Shown piece after piece: positions 1-8,841 of a DNA stretch of 54,710 nucleotides; position 1 is the stretch's first letter; every line of letters starts with the position of its first letter. The DNA is from Desulfuromonadales bacterium (GTDB lineage: Bacteria > Desulfobacterota > Desulfuromonadia > Desulfuromonadales > SZUA-540): positions 1 through 54,710 of the forward strand of contig JAWSUS010000023.1 of assembly GCA_033549025.1 (NCBI GenBank). The letters are read 5' to 3'. Position numbers and translations under genes: made by a program. A model generated the notes under the pieces. The model was not told the origin of the DNA. It saw only the letters and a list, made by a program, of their open reading frames with translations, and ran no database searches.

Positions 1-77
1 CATACTGGAAGAAATTCATCAGGCGGCAAGGGGCTGCCTGACCATAACATGGTGTCCACTATTGCGGACCGACCTCA
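1..77 (+). mobile_element. Right end of an IS3-family insertion sequence (transposase C-terminus plus IRR)
   Basis: GTGTCCACTATTGCGGACCGACCTCA (52-77) resembles the E. coli IS3 terminal IR (GTGTCCACTATTGCTGGGTAAGATCA) and ends in CA. Frame 3 reads YWKKFIRRQGAA* (3-41), like an OrfB C-terminus. Confidence 0.72.
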
Positions 78-986
78 ACCAGGTACTCGATCGCCAATGA
101 ATTCGGCGGGCTATACCAATCGGTCGCAGTGGGGAACCTGAATTCAAATCTGGACAGCAGGATGGATGTTGTCGTCGGCTCAAGCGAGGGCGTGGGCATC
201 TTCTATCAGAACCTGGCCGGAGGGCTCGATGCAATGGTTCCTGTACCTGCAACGGGCTGTTCTCTTGTCCGGGTCGGTGATGTGACCGGTGACTCACTTG
301 CGGATATCGTCTGTTTGGATGGTTTTGGAAGCAATCTTACCATTATTCCGCAGACCGGTGTGGGTGGGTTGGGAACTCCGCAGGCTTATCCCGTTGACCT
401 CGGAGGATGGAACGATCTGGAGATTGGCGATGTCAACGGTGACAGCCTCACCGACGTCATTGCTATGAGCGGACAGGGCTACCTTTACGGCAATATCGCC
501 ATCCTTCTCCAGAACGGATCCGGCGGTTTGGAGTCGCCAGTTTATTACGATCTCGGTGGTGACGAACTCACGGACGCTGTGGGCGTCGGCGATGTGAACA
601 ACGACGGGCTGGAAGACGTCGTTGTGACTGTTTCGGGAAACTACAGGATATTCTACCAAAACGGTTCGGGTACACTGGATTCGGCTGTAAGCCTGAGTGG
701 TTACGGGCACGCCGGCCCTGTCGATGTAGCTGATATCGATGGTGACGGGCTTGAGGACATTGTCAGTATCCAGAGTGGTTGGGAGCACCTGGAGATCATC
801 AGACAGCAGGACGAGGGATTCGGATTCAATGAACTTTACCTCGCCCCCTTTTACAACGGGAACAGTCCCCATAGCCTGGCAGTGGGGGACATTGACAACA
901 ATGGAAAAAAAGATGTTGTGAGGGCTGAACCCATGTACGGTCTTGTGGTTATTTACGACTCGGTGTTCAACGGGTCTGAGAATTAG
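78..986 (+). pseudogene. 3' part of an FG-GAP/VCBS-repeat (beta-propeller) protein gene, N-terminus cut by the IS
   Basis: Repeated GDVxGDxLxDIV/V motifs. The frame is open from the IS end (TRYSIANEFGGLYQSVAVGNLN...) with no proper start, RBS or signal peptide. Confidence 0.7.
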
Positions 987-1171
987 CCAAACCGTCTTAA
1001 CCGGGGCCGTACCCCGTGGCAGAGAGGTCCATTTTTAAAGCCCAGTGGCTACGGCCTTGAATTCTACCCCGTTCGGAATAATAACGTGCGACAAAGTCTG
1101 TTTGAATTTGCAGCAGAAAGATTTGACAGACACAACGAAGCGGCTTGCCTCGCCCTTATGGCGATCTAAAG

Positions 1172-1558
1172 ATGCCTACCTTCGTCGTCCAGGAACATCA
1201 CGCCTCTCACCTTCACTGGGACTTTCGCCTGGAACACGATGGCGTTCTCAAATCTTGGGCCATTCCCAAGGGTCCTTCGATGAATCCGGCCGATAAACGG
1301 TTGGCCATTCAAGTGGACGATCACCCTCTGGAATATGCGGAATTTGAAGGAACGATCCCCGAAGGTCATTATGGCGCCGGCCGCGTGACTATCTGGGACA
1401 GCGGCGTCTATGATCCCCTCCAGGGTATGGAGGAGGGGCTGAAAAAAGGGGCCCTATCCTTCGTCCTTTCCGGAAAACGACTGCAGGGGGAGTTTTCTTT
1501 GGTGCGTTTTAAAAAGGGAGATGAGCCCAAAAACTGGCTTTTGATCAAGCGCCCTTGA
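1172..1558 (+). CDS. Stand-alone DNA ligase D 3'-phosphoesterase (PE) domain protein
   Basis: [41 protein letters not shown] and YGAG.V.IWDSG motifs of LigD PE. Confidence 0.9.
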   Translation: MPTFVVQEHHASHLHWDFRLEHDGVLKSWAIPKGPSMNPADKRLAIQVDDHPLEYAEFEGTIPEGHYGAGRVTIWDSGVYDPLQGMEEGLKKGALSFVLSGKRLQGEFSLVRFKKGDEPKNWLLIKRP

Positions 1559-1595
1559 AATGCACGCCAGGGCATAGTTGCTGAGAGAAAAGTGA

Positions 1596-1973
1596 ATGAT
1601 TCCTTGCCCCTTCTGCCAAATCGACACCTCTCGAATCCTCCTGGCCAACGAGCAGGCCGTGGCCATCGGCGATGGCTATCCTGTCAGCCCCGGTCACAGT
1701 CTGATCATTCCCAAGCGGCATATCGCCTCGATCTTTGAGGCGACGGCGGTGGAGCAGGCGGCCCTGTGGGAGCTGGTCGTGAAGACGCGGGAACTTCTGC
1801 AGGTCGAGCGACAGCCGGACGGGTTCAACATCGGCATCAACGACGGGGAGGCGGCGGGGCCGACGGTGATGCACCTGCACATCCATCTGATCCCCCGTTA
1901 TGCCGGCGACATAACGGACCCGCGCGGCGGGGTACGGTGGGTCAGGCCGGAGAAGGCGCCCTACTGGAAGTGA
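1596..1973 (+). CDS. HIT-family nucleotide hydrolase
   Basis: N-terminal CPFC, PGHSLIIPKRH and histidine triad HLHIH. Confidence 0.9.
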   Translation: MIPCPFCQIDTSRILLANEQAVAIGDGYPVSPGHSLIIPKRHIASIFEATAVEQAALWELVVKTRELLQVERQPDGFNIGINDGEAAGPTVMHLHIHLIPRYAGDITDPRGGVRWVRPEKAPYWK

Positions 1974-1996
1974 GGGGCGCGATAAATCGCGCCCCT
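1973..1996. repeat. REP-like palindrome / bidirectional hairpin
   Basis: AGGGGCGCGAT-AA-ATCGCGCCCCT perfect inverted repeat between convergent genes. Confidence 0.55.
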
Positions 1997-2003
1997 ATGG
2001 TTA

Positions 2004-3248
2004 TCATTTCTTGCTGCCGCTACGTTCGAGAATCCGCACATCGATGTAGGTCAGGTTGTTGATGAAATCGATGGCCGCCTCGGCGCCGACGGTGGGGTTG
2101 TTCTCTTCTTCCGCAATCACGATCTCACCCTCTGTGGTCTCTTCTTCCACGGGGAGCAGGATACGGGTGCCCGGATCATCGCCGCTGGGGGCCTCAAAGA
2201 GAGTATTGAGGTAGACGGTCCCCCCGCTGGCGTCGGTGCCGCAGGTTTCGTCCAGGCTGAAGGTGATGCGATAATCGCCGGCGGCCTCGCCGTCGTTGAC
2301 CACCGCGTCATTGAGGCTGCGCACGTTCCAGGTGTAGCCGAAGATGACCTTGCCCTTGACGTTGATTTCCGCCGAGTAGTAGCCGGGCCCGTCACCGCCC
2401 TCATAGGCGGGCTTGTTGAAAATAGGCGGATTGACCAGGCTTTCTCCCTCGTTCTCCCCTTCCCACTGCATTGTCGTATCGTTCCAGCTCAGATAGGTCA
2501 GCTCGGGATTGGGCTGTCCGGGGTAGTCCGGATCGTCCCGGCTGACGAGCAGCTTCTGGATAGTCAGGCGGGCGCAGGGGGAATAGATGGTGGCCTGGCT
2601 GCCGGGGCCTTCCAGCGCCGACGATCCTTGTACGGCCAGACCATGCACCTCGTCAATGCCCCAGCCGTCGACGTGACGCATCTGATACTCCTGCATCGGC
2701 GTTGCCAGATCCCGGTAGAGCACCACTTCGGTCCGCACCTGCGACCGAGTGTACCAGTCCACCGATTCGAGGTTGTCGCCCCAGTCGATCCAGTCCACCA
2801 CCACCTCAGCGCCAAGACCATCGGCTGTGGCCGCCTGCCAGACGTTGTTCACATCCTTCTGCACATAAGCCCGCACGCTCCCTTCCCCGGGCAGGCCGCC
2901 GGAGGCCTGGTTGGGAATGCGGTCGTCGCAGAAACCGGTGTCATCGGGGTCGGGCAGGCAGCTTAAGGGCACATCGTCCCCGGTCGTGCCCCACCAGTAC
3001 CACCAGGTGCCGTTGGTGACCGGAGTCATGCCGGGCGTTCCCGTCAGGGTTTTGCTGACGCCTTCGGCCCAGATCACCGGAAAACTCAGGTTGTTGCTGG
3101 CCGTCTCTTCGCCATCCCCCGGTTTGCCGGGAGTGCCTCCTTTGGCGGCCAGGGCCAGACACGGCCACACCAGCAGAAGAGCGGCCGTTATGGCCATCAG
3201 GGTGCCAATCCGCGGTCTGCCACTGGTCCATGTGCCCGGTTTGTTCAT
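2004..3248 (-). CDS. Secreted acidic hypothetical protein (about 414 aa)
   Basis: AAGGAGG RBS before ATG 3248; signal peptide (..LLLVWPCLALA-AKGG); long ORF with coding-like composition. Confidence 0.8.
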   Translation of the reverse strand: MNKPGTWTSGRPRIGTLMAITAALLLVWPCLALAAKGGTPGKPGDGEETASNNLSFPVIWAEGVSKTLTGTPGMTPVTNGTWWYWWGTTGDDVPLSCLPDPDDTGFCDDRIPNQASGGLPGEGSVRAYVQKDVNNVWQAATADGLGAEVVVDWIDWGDNLESVDWYTRSQVRTEVVLYRDLATPMQEYQMRHVDGWGIDEVHGLAVQGSSALEGPGSQATIYSPCARLTIQKLLVSRDDPDYPGQPNPELTYLSWNDTTMQWEGENEGESLVNPPIFNKPAYEGGDGPGYYSAEINVKGKVIFGYTWNVRSLNDAVVNDGEAAGDYRITFSLDETCGTDASGGTVYLNTLFEAPSGDDPGTRILLPVEEETTEGEIVIAEEENNPTVGAEAAIDFINNLTYIDVRILERSGSKK

Positions 3249-3390
3249 CGCTGCCTCCTTTCGGTTGGAGGAGAGTCTCATCGGCCTCTCCCTGGATAGT
3301 CGGGTAAATTGGTAGTGATTAATATTATTATTTCAGAGCCGCGGGGGGGCGCAATGATGCAAAGGGAGCTCAATGAGCAACGAAGGGATC

Positions 3391-3427
3391 GATACGAAAG
3401 TCAGGAAAGGATAGACGAAAGGCTAGG
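3391..3427 (-). promoter_or_regulatory. Candidate LuxR/NarL-type operator (direct repeats)
   Basis: ACGAAAG at 3394 and 3415 (21-bp period) between the LuxR stop codon and the secreted-protein gene. Confidence 0.4.
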
Positions 3428-4028
3428 TGGCCTGCTCGCCGGTCCAGCCGTTTTCGGCGGCCAGAGCCACCAGGCCGGAGCGGTTATGGATCTTGAGGGT
3501 TTTGTAGATGCGGCTGAGGTGGGCTTTGATGGTCGGTTCGCTCAGGCAGAGAAGATCGGCAATCTCCCGGTTTTTCCTGCCGGCGGCGACGAACCTGACG
3601 ATTTTGCGGTCCTGTTCGCTCAGTTCCCGCAACTGCTCGCGGACGGAGGGAGAGCTCCCTTCGCCGAAGACGGCTTTGAGATGCGTCTGCTCGACCCAGA
3701 GCTGCCCTGCATGCACCACCTGCAGTGCCTTGCGGAACATGTCTACATCCAGCGAGGGAGAAATGATGCCGTGAATCCCCTGGCAGTAAAGGAGCCAGGC
3801 CAGATCCGTATCTTTCAGGCCGACATCGATGCACAGAAAACGGGCGCGGGTATATTGCTGTTTGAGAAGATCAATGCGCTCGCGTGAATCGAACAGGACA
3901 ATGTCGGGCCAGCCGCCAGGGCGGTCGGAGAAACATTTGTCGACCGCCGCACCCGGTACGTGGTCCAGAATGATTCGCTGCAGTCCTTCGGCCAAAACCC
4001 GGTTGTTGATGCAGACCAGAATATTCAT
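3423..4028 (-). CDS. LuxR/NarL-family transcriptional regulator with atypical receiver domain
   Basis: C-terminal LSEQDRKIV...KNREIADLLCLSEPTIKAHLSRIYKTL HTH; receiver-like N-terminus lacking the acidic DD pair. Confidence 0.88.
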   Translation of the reverse strand: MNILVCINNRVLAEGLQRIILDHVPGAAVDKCFSDRPGGWPDIVLFDSRERIDLLKQQYTRARFLCIDVGLKDTDLAWLLYCQGIHGIISPSLDVDMFRKALQVVHAGQLWVEQTHLKAVFGEGSSPSVREQLRELSEQDRKIVRFVAAGRKNREIADLLCLSEPTIKAHLSRIYKTLKIHNRSGLVALAAENGWTGEQAT

Positions 4029-4207
4029 CTTTCGTCCTGAATGAGGGGGTGTTTCCCTGAGCCATGTGCATGGGCATCCACTATGAGTTTAAGATCAATA
4101 AGATAAAGATCAACCGTGCCGAAGGGATTATTGTTGCGGGCCGATGGACGAAACCGGCGCTGATCTGCTAAACTTCTGACAGTTCTGCGCTTGCAAAGGG
4201 GACTCAA

Positions 4208-5116
4208 ATGAATAATGGAAACAAGGACAGGGATCGCCATAGCGAGACGATGATTTTCAGGCCGGGGGAGCTTTCGGCCCAGGCGCACCAGAAGCAGGCG
4301 GTGCTTACCGTGATACGGGGCAACCGGGCCGATCTGGGGCATAACAAGCCCATCGGCCAGGAGATCCTGGTCGGCCGCGCCCGGGAGTGCGGTTTGGTGC
4401 TGGCAGACATGAGGGTGTCATCGCGCCATGCCCGCATCACGCGGCGGCCGGAGGGCAGCTATGTGCTGGAAGATCTCGGCTCGACCAACGGCACCCGCGT
4501 CAACGGCCAGCCGCTGGCCGGGGCCAGGGAACTGGCAGAGGGGGACAAGATCTACCTGGGCCAGGCGGTGCTGCGCTTTTCCATGGTGGACGCCATGGAC
4601 CTCGGCTATCACGATGAGCTGTCGCAGCTGGCGCGTCTCGATCCGCTGACGGGGCTCGACAGCAAGCGCTGCTTCGACGATGCCCTCGCCATCGCCCTGC
4701 AGCAGGCTCTGCAGCAGGGGCAGCCTCTGTCGGTGCTGATGATGGATATGGACGGGATCAAACCTATCAACGACACCCATGGACACCTGTTCGGAGAGCA
4801 CGCCATCGCCCAGACCGGTCGCCTGATCGCCCGGGTGCTGGGGGAGCAGGGGCGGGCCTGCCGTTTCGGCGGCGACGAGTTTACCGCCATGCTGCCTGGT
4901 TTCGACAAGGCCGCCGCCGTGCGGGTGGCCGAGGATATCCGCCGGTTGCTGCAGGAAGCCGGTCTGGAAAAAAACGGCATCCCCCTGCAGCCGACCATCT
5001 CCATCGGCGTCGCCAGCTGCCCCGAGGACGGCGACACCTTGCTGGCGCTGGTGGACGCGGCGGACCAGGCCCTCTACCGCTCCAAGCGGGCGGGCAAGAA
5101 CCGGGTGAGCGTTTGA
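4208..5116 (+). CDS. FHA-domain diguanylate cyclase-family protein
   Basis: FHA motifs (VGR, VSSRHA, DLGSTNGT) plus GGDEF domain (RFGGDEF). Confidence 0.9.
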   Translation: MNNGNKDRDRHSETMIFRPGELSAQAHQKQAVLTVIRGNRADLGHNKPIGQEILVGRARECGLVLADMRVSSRHARITRRPEGSYVLEDLGSTNGTRVNGQPLAGARELAEGDKIYLGQAVLRFSMVDAMDLGYHDELSQLARLDPLTGLDSKRCFDDALAIALQQALQQGQPLSVLMMDMDGIKPINDTHGHLFGEHAIAQTGRLIARVLGEQGRACRFGGDEFTAMLPGFDKAAAVRVAEDIRRLLQEAGLEKNGIPLQPTISIGVASCPEDGDTLLALVDAADQALYRSKRAGKNRVSV

Positions 5117-5155
5117 GACGGATTCGGCTCGCGCCTGTGTGAAAAGGGAACGGAC

Positions 5156-6247
5156 ATGCCCGCTGCCCAGCGTCTGCCCTTTCGTTATCTCGAACCGGCT
5201 TTTTTCGCCGGTCTGCTCGACGATCCCCTGCTGTGGGTGCGTATCCGTCCGCTGGGGCGGGCGCTGCTCTTCGACTGCGGTCAGCTCGCCCACCTGGCCA
5301 AGCGAGTGGTCAAGCCCATCGATACAGTCTTCGTCAGCCACGCCCACATGGACCACCTCATGGGGCTGCCAACCCTGGTGCGCCACCATCACGCCTCTCC
5401 CAAAGCCCTCGACCTCTACGGCCCGGCCGGGATGGCCGAGCGGGTCTGCCACCAGCTCAGCGGCTACGACTGGAATCTGTGCGAACCGAGGTGGTGTACC
5501 CTGCGCGTGCACGAGGTTCACCCGAGCGAAATCCATCATTATCGTTTCAGCGGCCCGCAGGGCTTCCGCCGTCACGTCGAGGGGGTCTCGCCCCGCAAAA
5601 ATTCGGTGATCTGGTCCTGCCGTTACGCCTGGGTGAGCGCCGAAATTCTCGACCATCGCCTGCCGGTACTCGCCTTTCGTCTCGATGAAAGACCGCCTTT
5701 TGCCCTTGATCGGGATAGGCTGGAGGAACAGGGGCTGGTGCCGGGGCCGTGGATCAGGGAGCTCAAGAACCGCGTCTGGCAGGGGGGGGGCGAAGGGTCG
5801 CTGCCGGTGTGGCAGCGCCAGGGGGAAGCTGTCGTGAGCGCCTCGCGTGAAGCACAGCCCTTGTACGAATCGATCCGCCTGGAGCTGCGTACGGAAGCTG
5901 TCGGCTATCTCACCGATGTCGGCTGGACACCGGCGAACCGTGCGCGCATCCTGGCTTTTTTCAACGACCTCACCCTGCTCTGTGCGGACTGCGCCTTTCT
6001 GGCCGAGGATGTCGCCAAGGCCCGGCAATCCTATCACCTGTCTACCCGCGACCTGAACGAGTTGGCCCAGCGTCTGGTCCCGCGCTTTCTGCTGCCCATG
6101 CACCTTTCCAAGAGCTATCTGCGCCGCTGGGAGGAACTCTACCGGGAACTGCAGCCCCCCGCGGCCACGACGGTTCTGCCGCTCCCCCCGCATGTGGTGC
6201 CGCCCCCCCTGCTGGTTGAGGAGGGAAGGCGCTGGCTGCGACCATGA
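5156..6247 (+). CDS. RNase Z-like metallo-beta-lactamase-fold hydrolase
   Basis: LFDCG, SHAHMDH (HxHxDH), YLTD, YHL and MHLS motifs. Confidence 0.8.
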   Translation: MPAAQRLPFRYLEPAFFAGLLDDPLLWVRIRPLGRALLFDCGQLAHLAKRVVKPIDTVFVSHAHMDHLMGLPTLVRHHHASPKALDLYGPAGMAERVCHQLSGYDWNLCEPRWCTLRVHEVHPSEIHHYRFSGPQGFRRHVEGVSPRKNSVIWSCRYAWVSAEILDHRLPVLAFRLDERPPFALDRDRLEEQGLVPGPWIRELKNRVWQGGGEGSLPVWQRQGEAVVSASREAQPLYESIRLELRTEAVGYLTDVGWTPANRARILAFFNDLTLLCADCAFLAEDVAKARQSYHLSTRDLNELAQRLVPRFLLPMHLSKSYLRRWEELYRELQPPAATTVLPLPPHVVPPPLLVEEGRRWLRP

Positions 6248-6353
6248 GCGGACGGCGAGGCGGCCGATTGGCAAGGGGATTTTGCCTGCTATGCTTTCAG
6301 GGCGTCCACCTCTTCAGGGTCGGACGCCAGACTTAGGGCAGGAGGAGGTTTTT

Positions 6354-6866
6354 ATGAAAAAAATGCTGGTTTTTCTGGGAGTGCTGATTTTGGGCGGCGC
6401 GGCAATGGCAGGGGCAGGTGAAAAGCTGGCGCCGGCGCCCAACGGCATCGCGGTGCCGGAAGGTTATCGGGATTGGCGGGTTATCGCTGTTTCGCACCGT
6501 ACGGACAACAATTCGCTGCGGGTGATTCTGGGCAATGACGTGGCCATTGCGGCGGCGCAGGCAGGGCAGACCAATCCCTGGCCGGATGGCGCCATGCTGG
6601 GCAAGATCGTGTGGAAGGATGCGACCGATGCCCTGTGGCCGGCCGCCCAGGTCCCCGGCGAGCTGCTGCATACCGAGTTCATGATCAAGGACAGCGAGCG
6701 CTTTGCCGCCACCCAGGGCTGGGGCTTTGCCCGCTGGCGCGGCCTGGAGCAGGTGCCCTACGGCCAGGATGCCTCCTTCGTGCAGGAATGCCTCGGCTGC
6801 CACACCCCGGCCAAGGACAACGACTACGTCTTTACCCACCCGGCCCGGTGGCCCAAGCTCCCCTGA
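6354..6866 (+). CDS. Cytochrome P460-family protein
   Basis: GGAGG RBS, signal peptide, PEGYRDW, PDGAMLGK, MIKDS..FAATQGWGF, C-terminal CLGCH and DYVFT. Confidence 0.88.
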   Translation: MKKMLVFLGVLILGGAAMAGAGEKLAPAPNGIAVPEGYRDWRVIAVSHRTDNNSLRVILGNDVAIAAAQAGQTNPWPDGAMLGKIVWKDATDALWPAAQVPGELLHTEFMIKDSERFAATQGWGFARWRGLEQVPYGQDASFVQECLGCHTPAKDNDYVFTHPARWPKLP

Positions 6867-6926
6867 GGCGTGGGAGGCCACATTGCTCTTGCCTTACGGA
6901 GGACGATGGCCTAGTGTCAGGTTTCT

Positions 6927-8141
6927 ATGACACCCGCTGTTTCCCCTTCCTATCCATCGTCGCGTCTGGTGACGGTCCTGGTGCTTTTCAGCGTGCTCGC
7001 CACGGGCATCGGCCAGTCGATGACCTTTGCCCTGCTGGCGCCCCTCGGTCGCGAGGTCGGTCTCAAGGAAATCCAGATCGGCCTGATCATCACCAGTTCT
7101 TCCCTGGTTTTTACCCTGGCCAGTCCCTTCTGGGGGCGCACCTGCGACCGCTGGGGGCGTAAGCCGGTTTTGCTTGTCGGCCAGTTCGGCTACGTCCTCG
7201 GCTCCCTGCTTTTCGCGACCGTCTTCCTTTTCGGGCTGAAGGGCGCCTTGAGCGGCCTGCTGCTCTATGTGCTGGCCATCTCTTCCCGGGTTCTCATGGC
7301 CTCCCTCATCTCGGCGGCGCCCAGCGCGGCATCGGCCTATGTGGCGGATACCACCACCGACCGGCAGCGGGTGGTGGGAATGGGGCGGCTGGGGGCGGCC
7401 CGCACCCTGGGGACAATCCTGGGGCCGGGTATGGGGGGCGCTTTTGCCGCCATCGGTCTGCTGGCACCGCTGTATGTCGCCGCCGCCGGCGCGCTGGTCA
7501 GTTCCGTACTGCTTGCGCTGGTGATGAAGGAACCGCCCCGCAGTGCCCAGCGGTCGGGGAAACAGCCTCGCCTGCGGCTCTTTGACCGGCGCTATTTCCC
7601 TTTTATCGTTGTCGGTGTCGGCACCTTTCTTTCCTTTTCCATGGTCAGCCAGACCATCGGCTTCTATTTCCAGGATCGTTTCGTTCTGGACGGCCAGGCC
7701 ACGGCGCAGGCTGTCGGCATGGGCATGATGGTGTCGGCCTCCATGTCGCTGTTTGCCCAATTCTTTCTGGTGCGACGTGCGGGCATGACCCCTCACCGCC
7801 TGATCAAGGTGGGGTTGCCCATCCTGTTGATCGGCTATCCTACGCTGCTGCTGGCGGGCAGCGTGCCGGTGCTGGTGGGATTGATGGGATTTCTCGGCCT
7901 GGGGCTGGGGCTGGTTGCTCCGGGGTTCACGGCCGGGGCCTCCTTGTCCGTGGGGCCGAAAGAGCAGGGGGCCATCGGCGGTCTGATCTCCGCCTGCCCG
8001 GCGGCGGGGTTTGTGGCCGGTCCGCTGGTCGGCACCAGTCTCTACCAGTGGGGACCTGCCTATCCCTATCTGTGTGCCTGTCTCCTGCTGGTTCCTCTGA
8101 CTCTCTATGCCTGGCGCCTGGACCGACCTCAGGGGAAATGA
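6927..8141 (+). CDS. MFS transporter (TetA/DHA1-like)
   Basis: About 12 TM segments; motif A (WGRTCDRWGRKP). Confidence 0.88.
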   Translation: MTPAVSPSYPSSRLVTVLVLFSVLATGIGQSMTFALLAPLGREVGLKEIQIGLIITSSSLVFTLASPFWGRTCDRWGRKPVLLVGQFGYVLGSLLFATVFLFGLKGALSGLLLYVLAISSRVLMASLISAAPSAASAYVADTTTDRQRVVGMGRLGAARTLGTILGPGMGGAFAAIGLLAPLYVAAAGALVSSVLLALVMKEPPRSAQRSGKQPRLRLFDRRYFPFIVVGVGTFLSFSMVSQTIGFYFQDRFVLDGQATAQAVGMGMMVSASMSLFAQFFLVRRAGMTPHRLIKVGLPILLIGYPTLLLAGSVPVLVGLMGFLGLGLGLVAPGFTAGASLSVGPKEQGAIGGLISACPAAGFVAGPLVGTSLYQWGPAYPYLCACLLLVPLTLYAWRLDRPQGK

Positions 8142-8339
8142 CTCTTCGGTTCGCCTTCGCGTTTTTTCCCTTTTTTGTTTTCAAGCAGTCGTCCTTCCGC
8201 TAGAATGCCCCCTTTTTTTGTCGGCCCGACAGCCGCGACCACCGCTGGCGACAGGCTGGACATGGCCCGGTCTGACGTTATACTTGAGGCGTTGTGCGTG
8301 GTTTGTTCGTGTTCCTGACTTTCGCGGCGGAGGGGTTTA

Positions 8340-8795
8340 ATGCGGTTTGAACAGACTCGGGATGTGCTGAATCATATCGGGGCCTTCCATAAGCAGGCCG
8401 GTGCGCTCTATGCGGAGCTGAAGGCGCACTGCAGCAGCTCGCGGGTTCGCCTGCTGCTGGACTACATCGCCCGCCACGAGCTGAATCTGGAAAAGAACAT
8501 CGCCTCCTATCGGGATAATCTTTCCGAAAGCCTGCTCTCCAGCTGGTTCAAATATACCCACGATCAGGACATCTTCGCTGCGCTCAAAGAGGTGGACCGC
8601 GAAAAGGACATGTCTTTTGACGATGTGCTGGATCTGGCGCTCGAGCTGGACGGACAGCTGGTCGAACTCTATCAGGAGATGATGGAGCGCAGTACGTCCG
8701 CCGAAGTGAAGGATATTTTTAACAGCCTGCTGCTGCAGGAGATGAAGGAAAAGCAGACCCTGGTACGCAACGCCCTGGGTCTGATGGATATTTGA
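8340..8795 (+). CDS. Ferritin/rubrerythrin-like four-helix hypothetical protein
   Basis: GGAGGGG RBS; helical pattern (LLLDYIARHE; LYQEMMER; IFNSLLLQEMKEK). Confidence 0.65.
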   Translation: MRFEQTRDVLNHIGAFHKQAGALYAELKAHCSSSRVRLLLDYIARHELNLEKNIASYRDNLSESLLSSWFKYTHDQDIFAALKEVDREKDMSFDDVLDLALELDGQLVELYQEMMERSTSAEVKDIFNSLLLQEMKEKQTLVRNALGLMDI

Positions 8796-8841
8796 CGAGA
8801 CTGTACCTGATTCACTCCATGCCCCTGGTGAAATTCTGCCT

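Noticed and set aside
4091..4113. AAGATCAA direct repeats between luxR and the FHA-GGDEF gene
   Set aside because: Short and AT-rich, not a proper FNR TTGAT-N4-ATCAA dyad; too weak to call.
4418..6274. 618-aa minus-strand ORF (and similar long ORFs 13233-14450, 19554-21191, 23843-25567, 28051-29208, 36044-37531)
   Set aside because: Antisense shadows of well-supported genes, expected in GC-rich DNA; no motifs.
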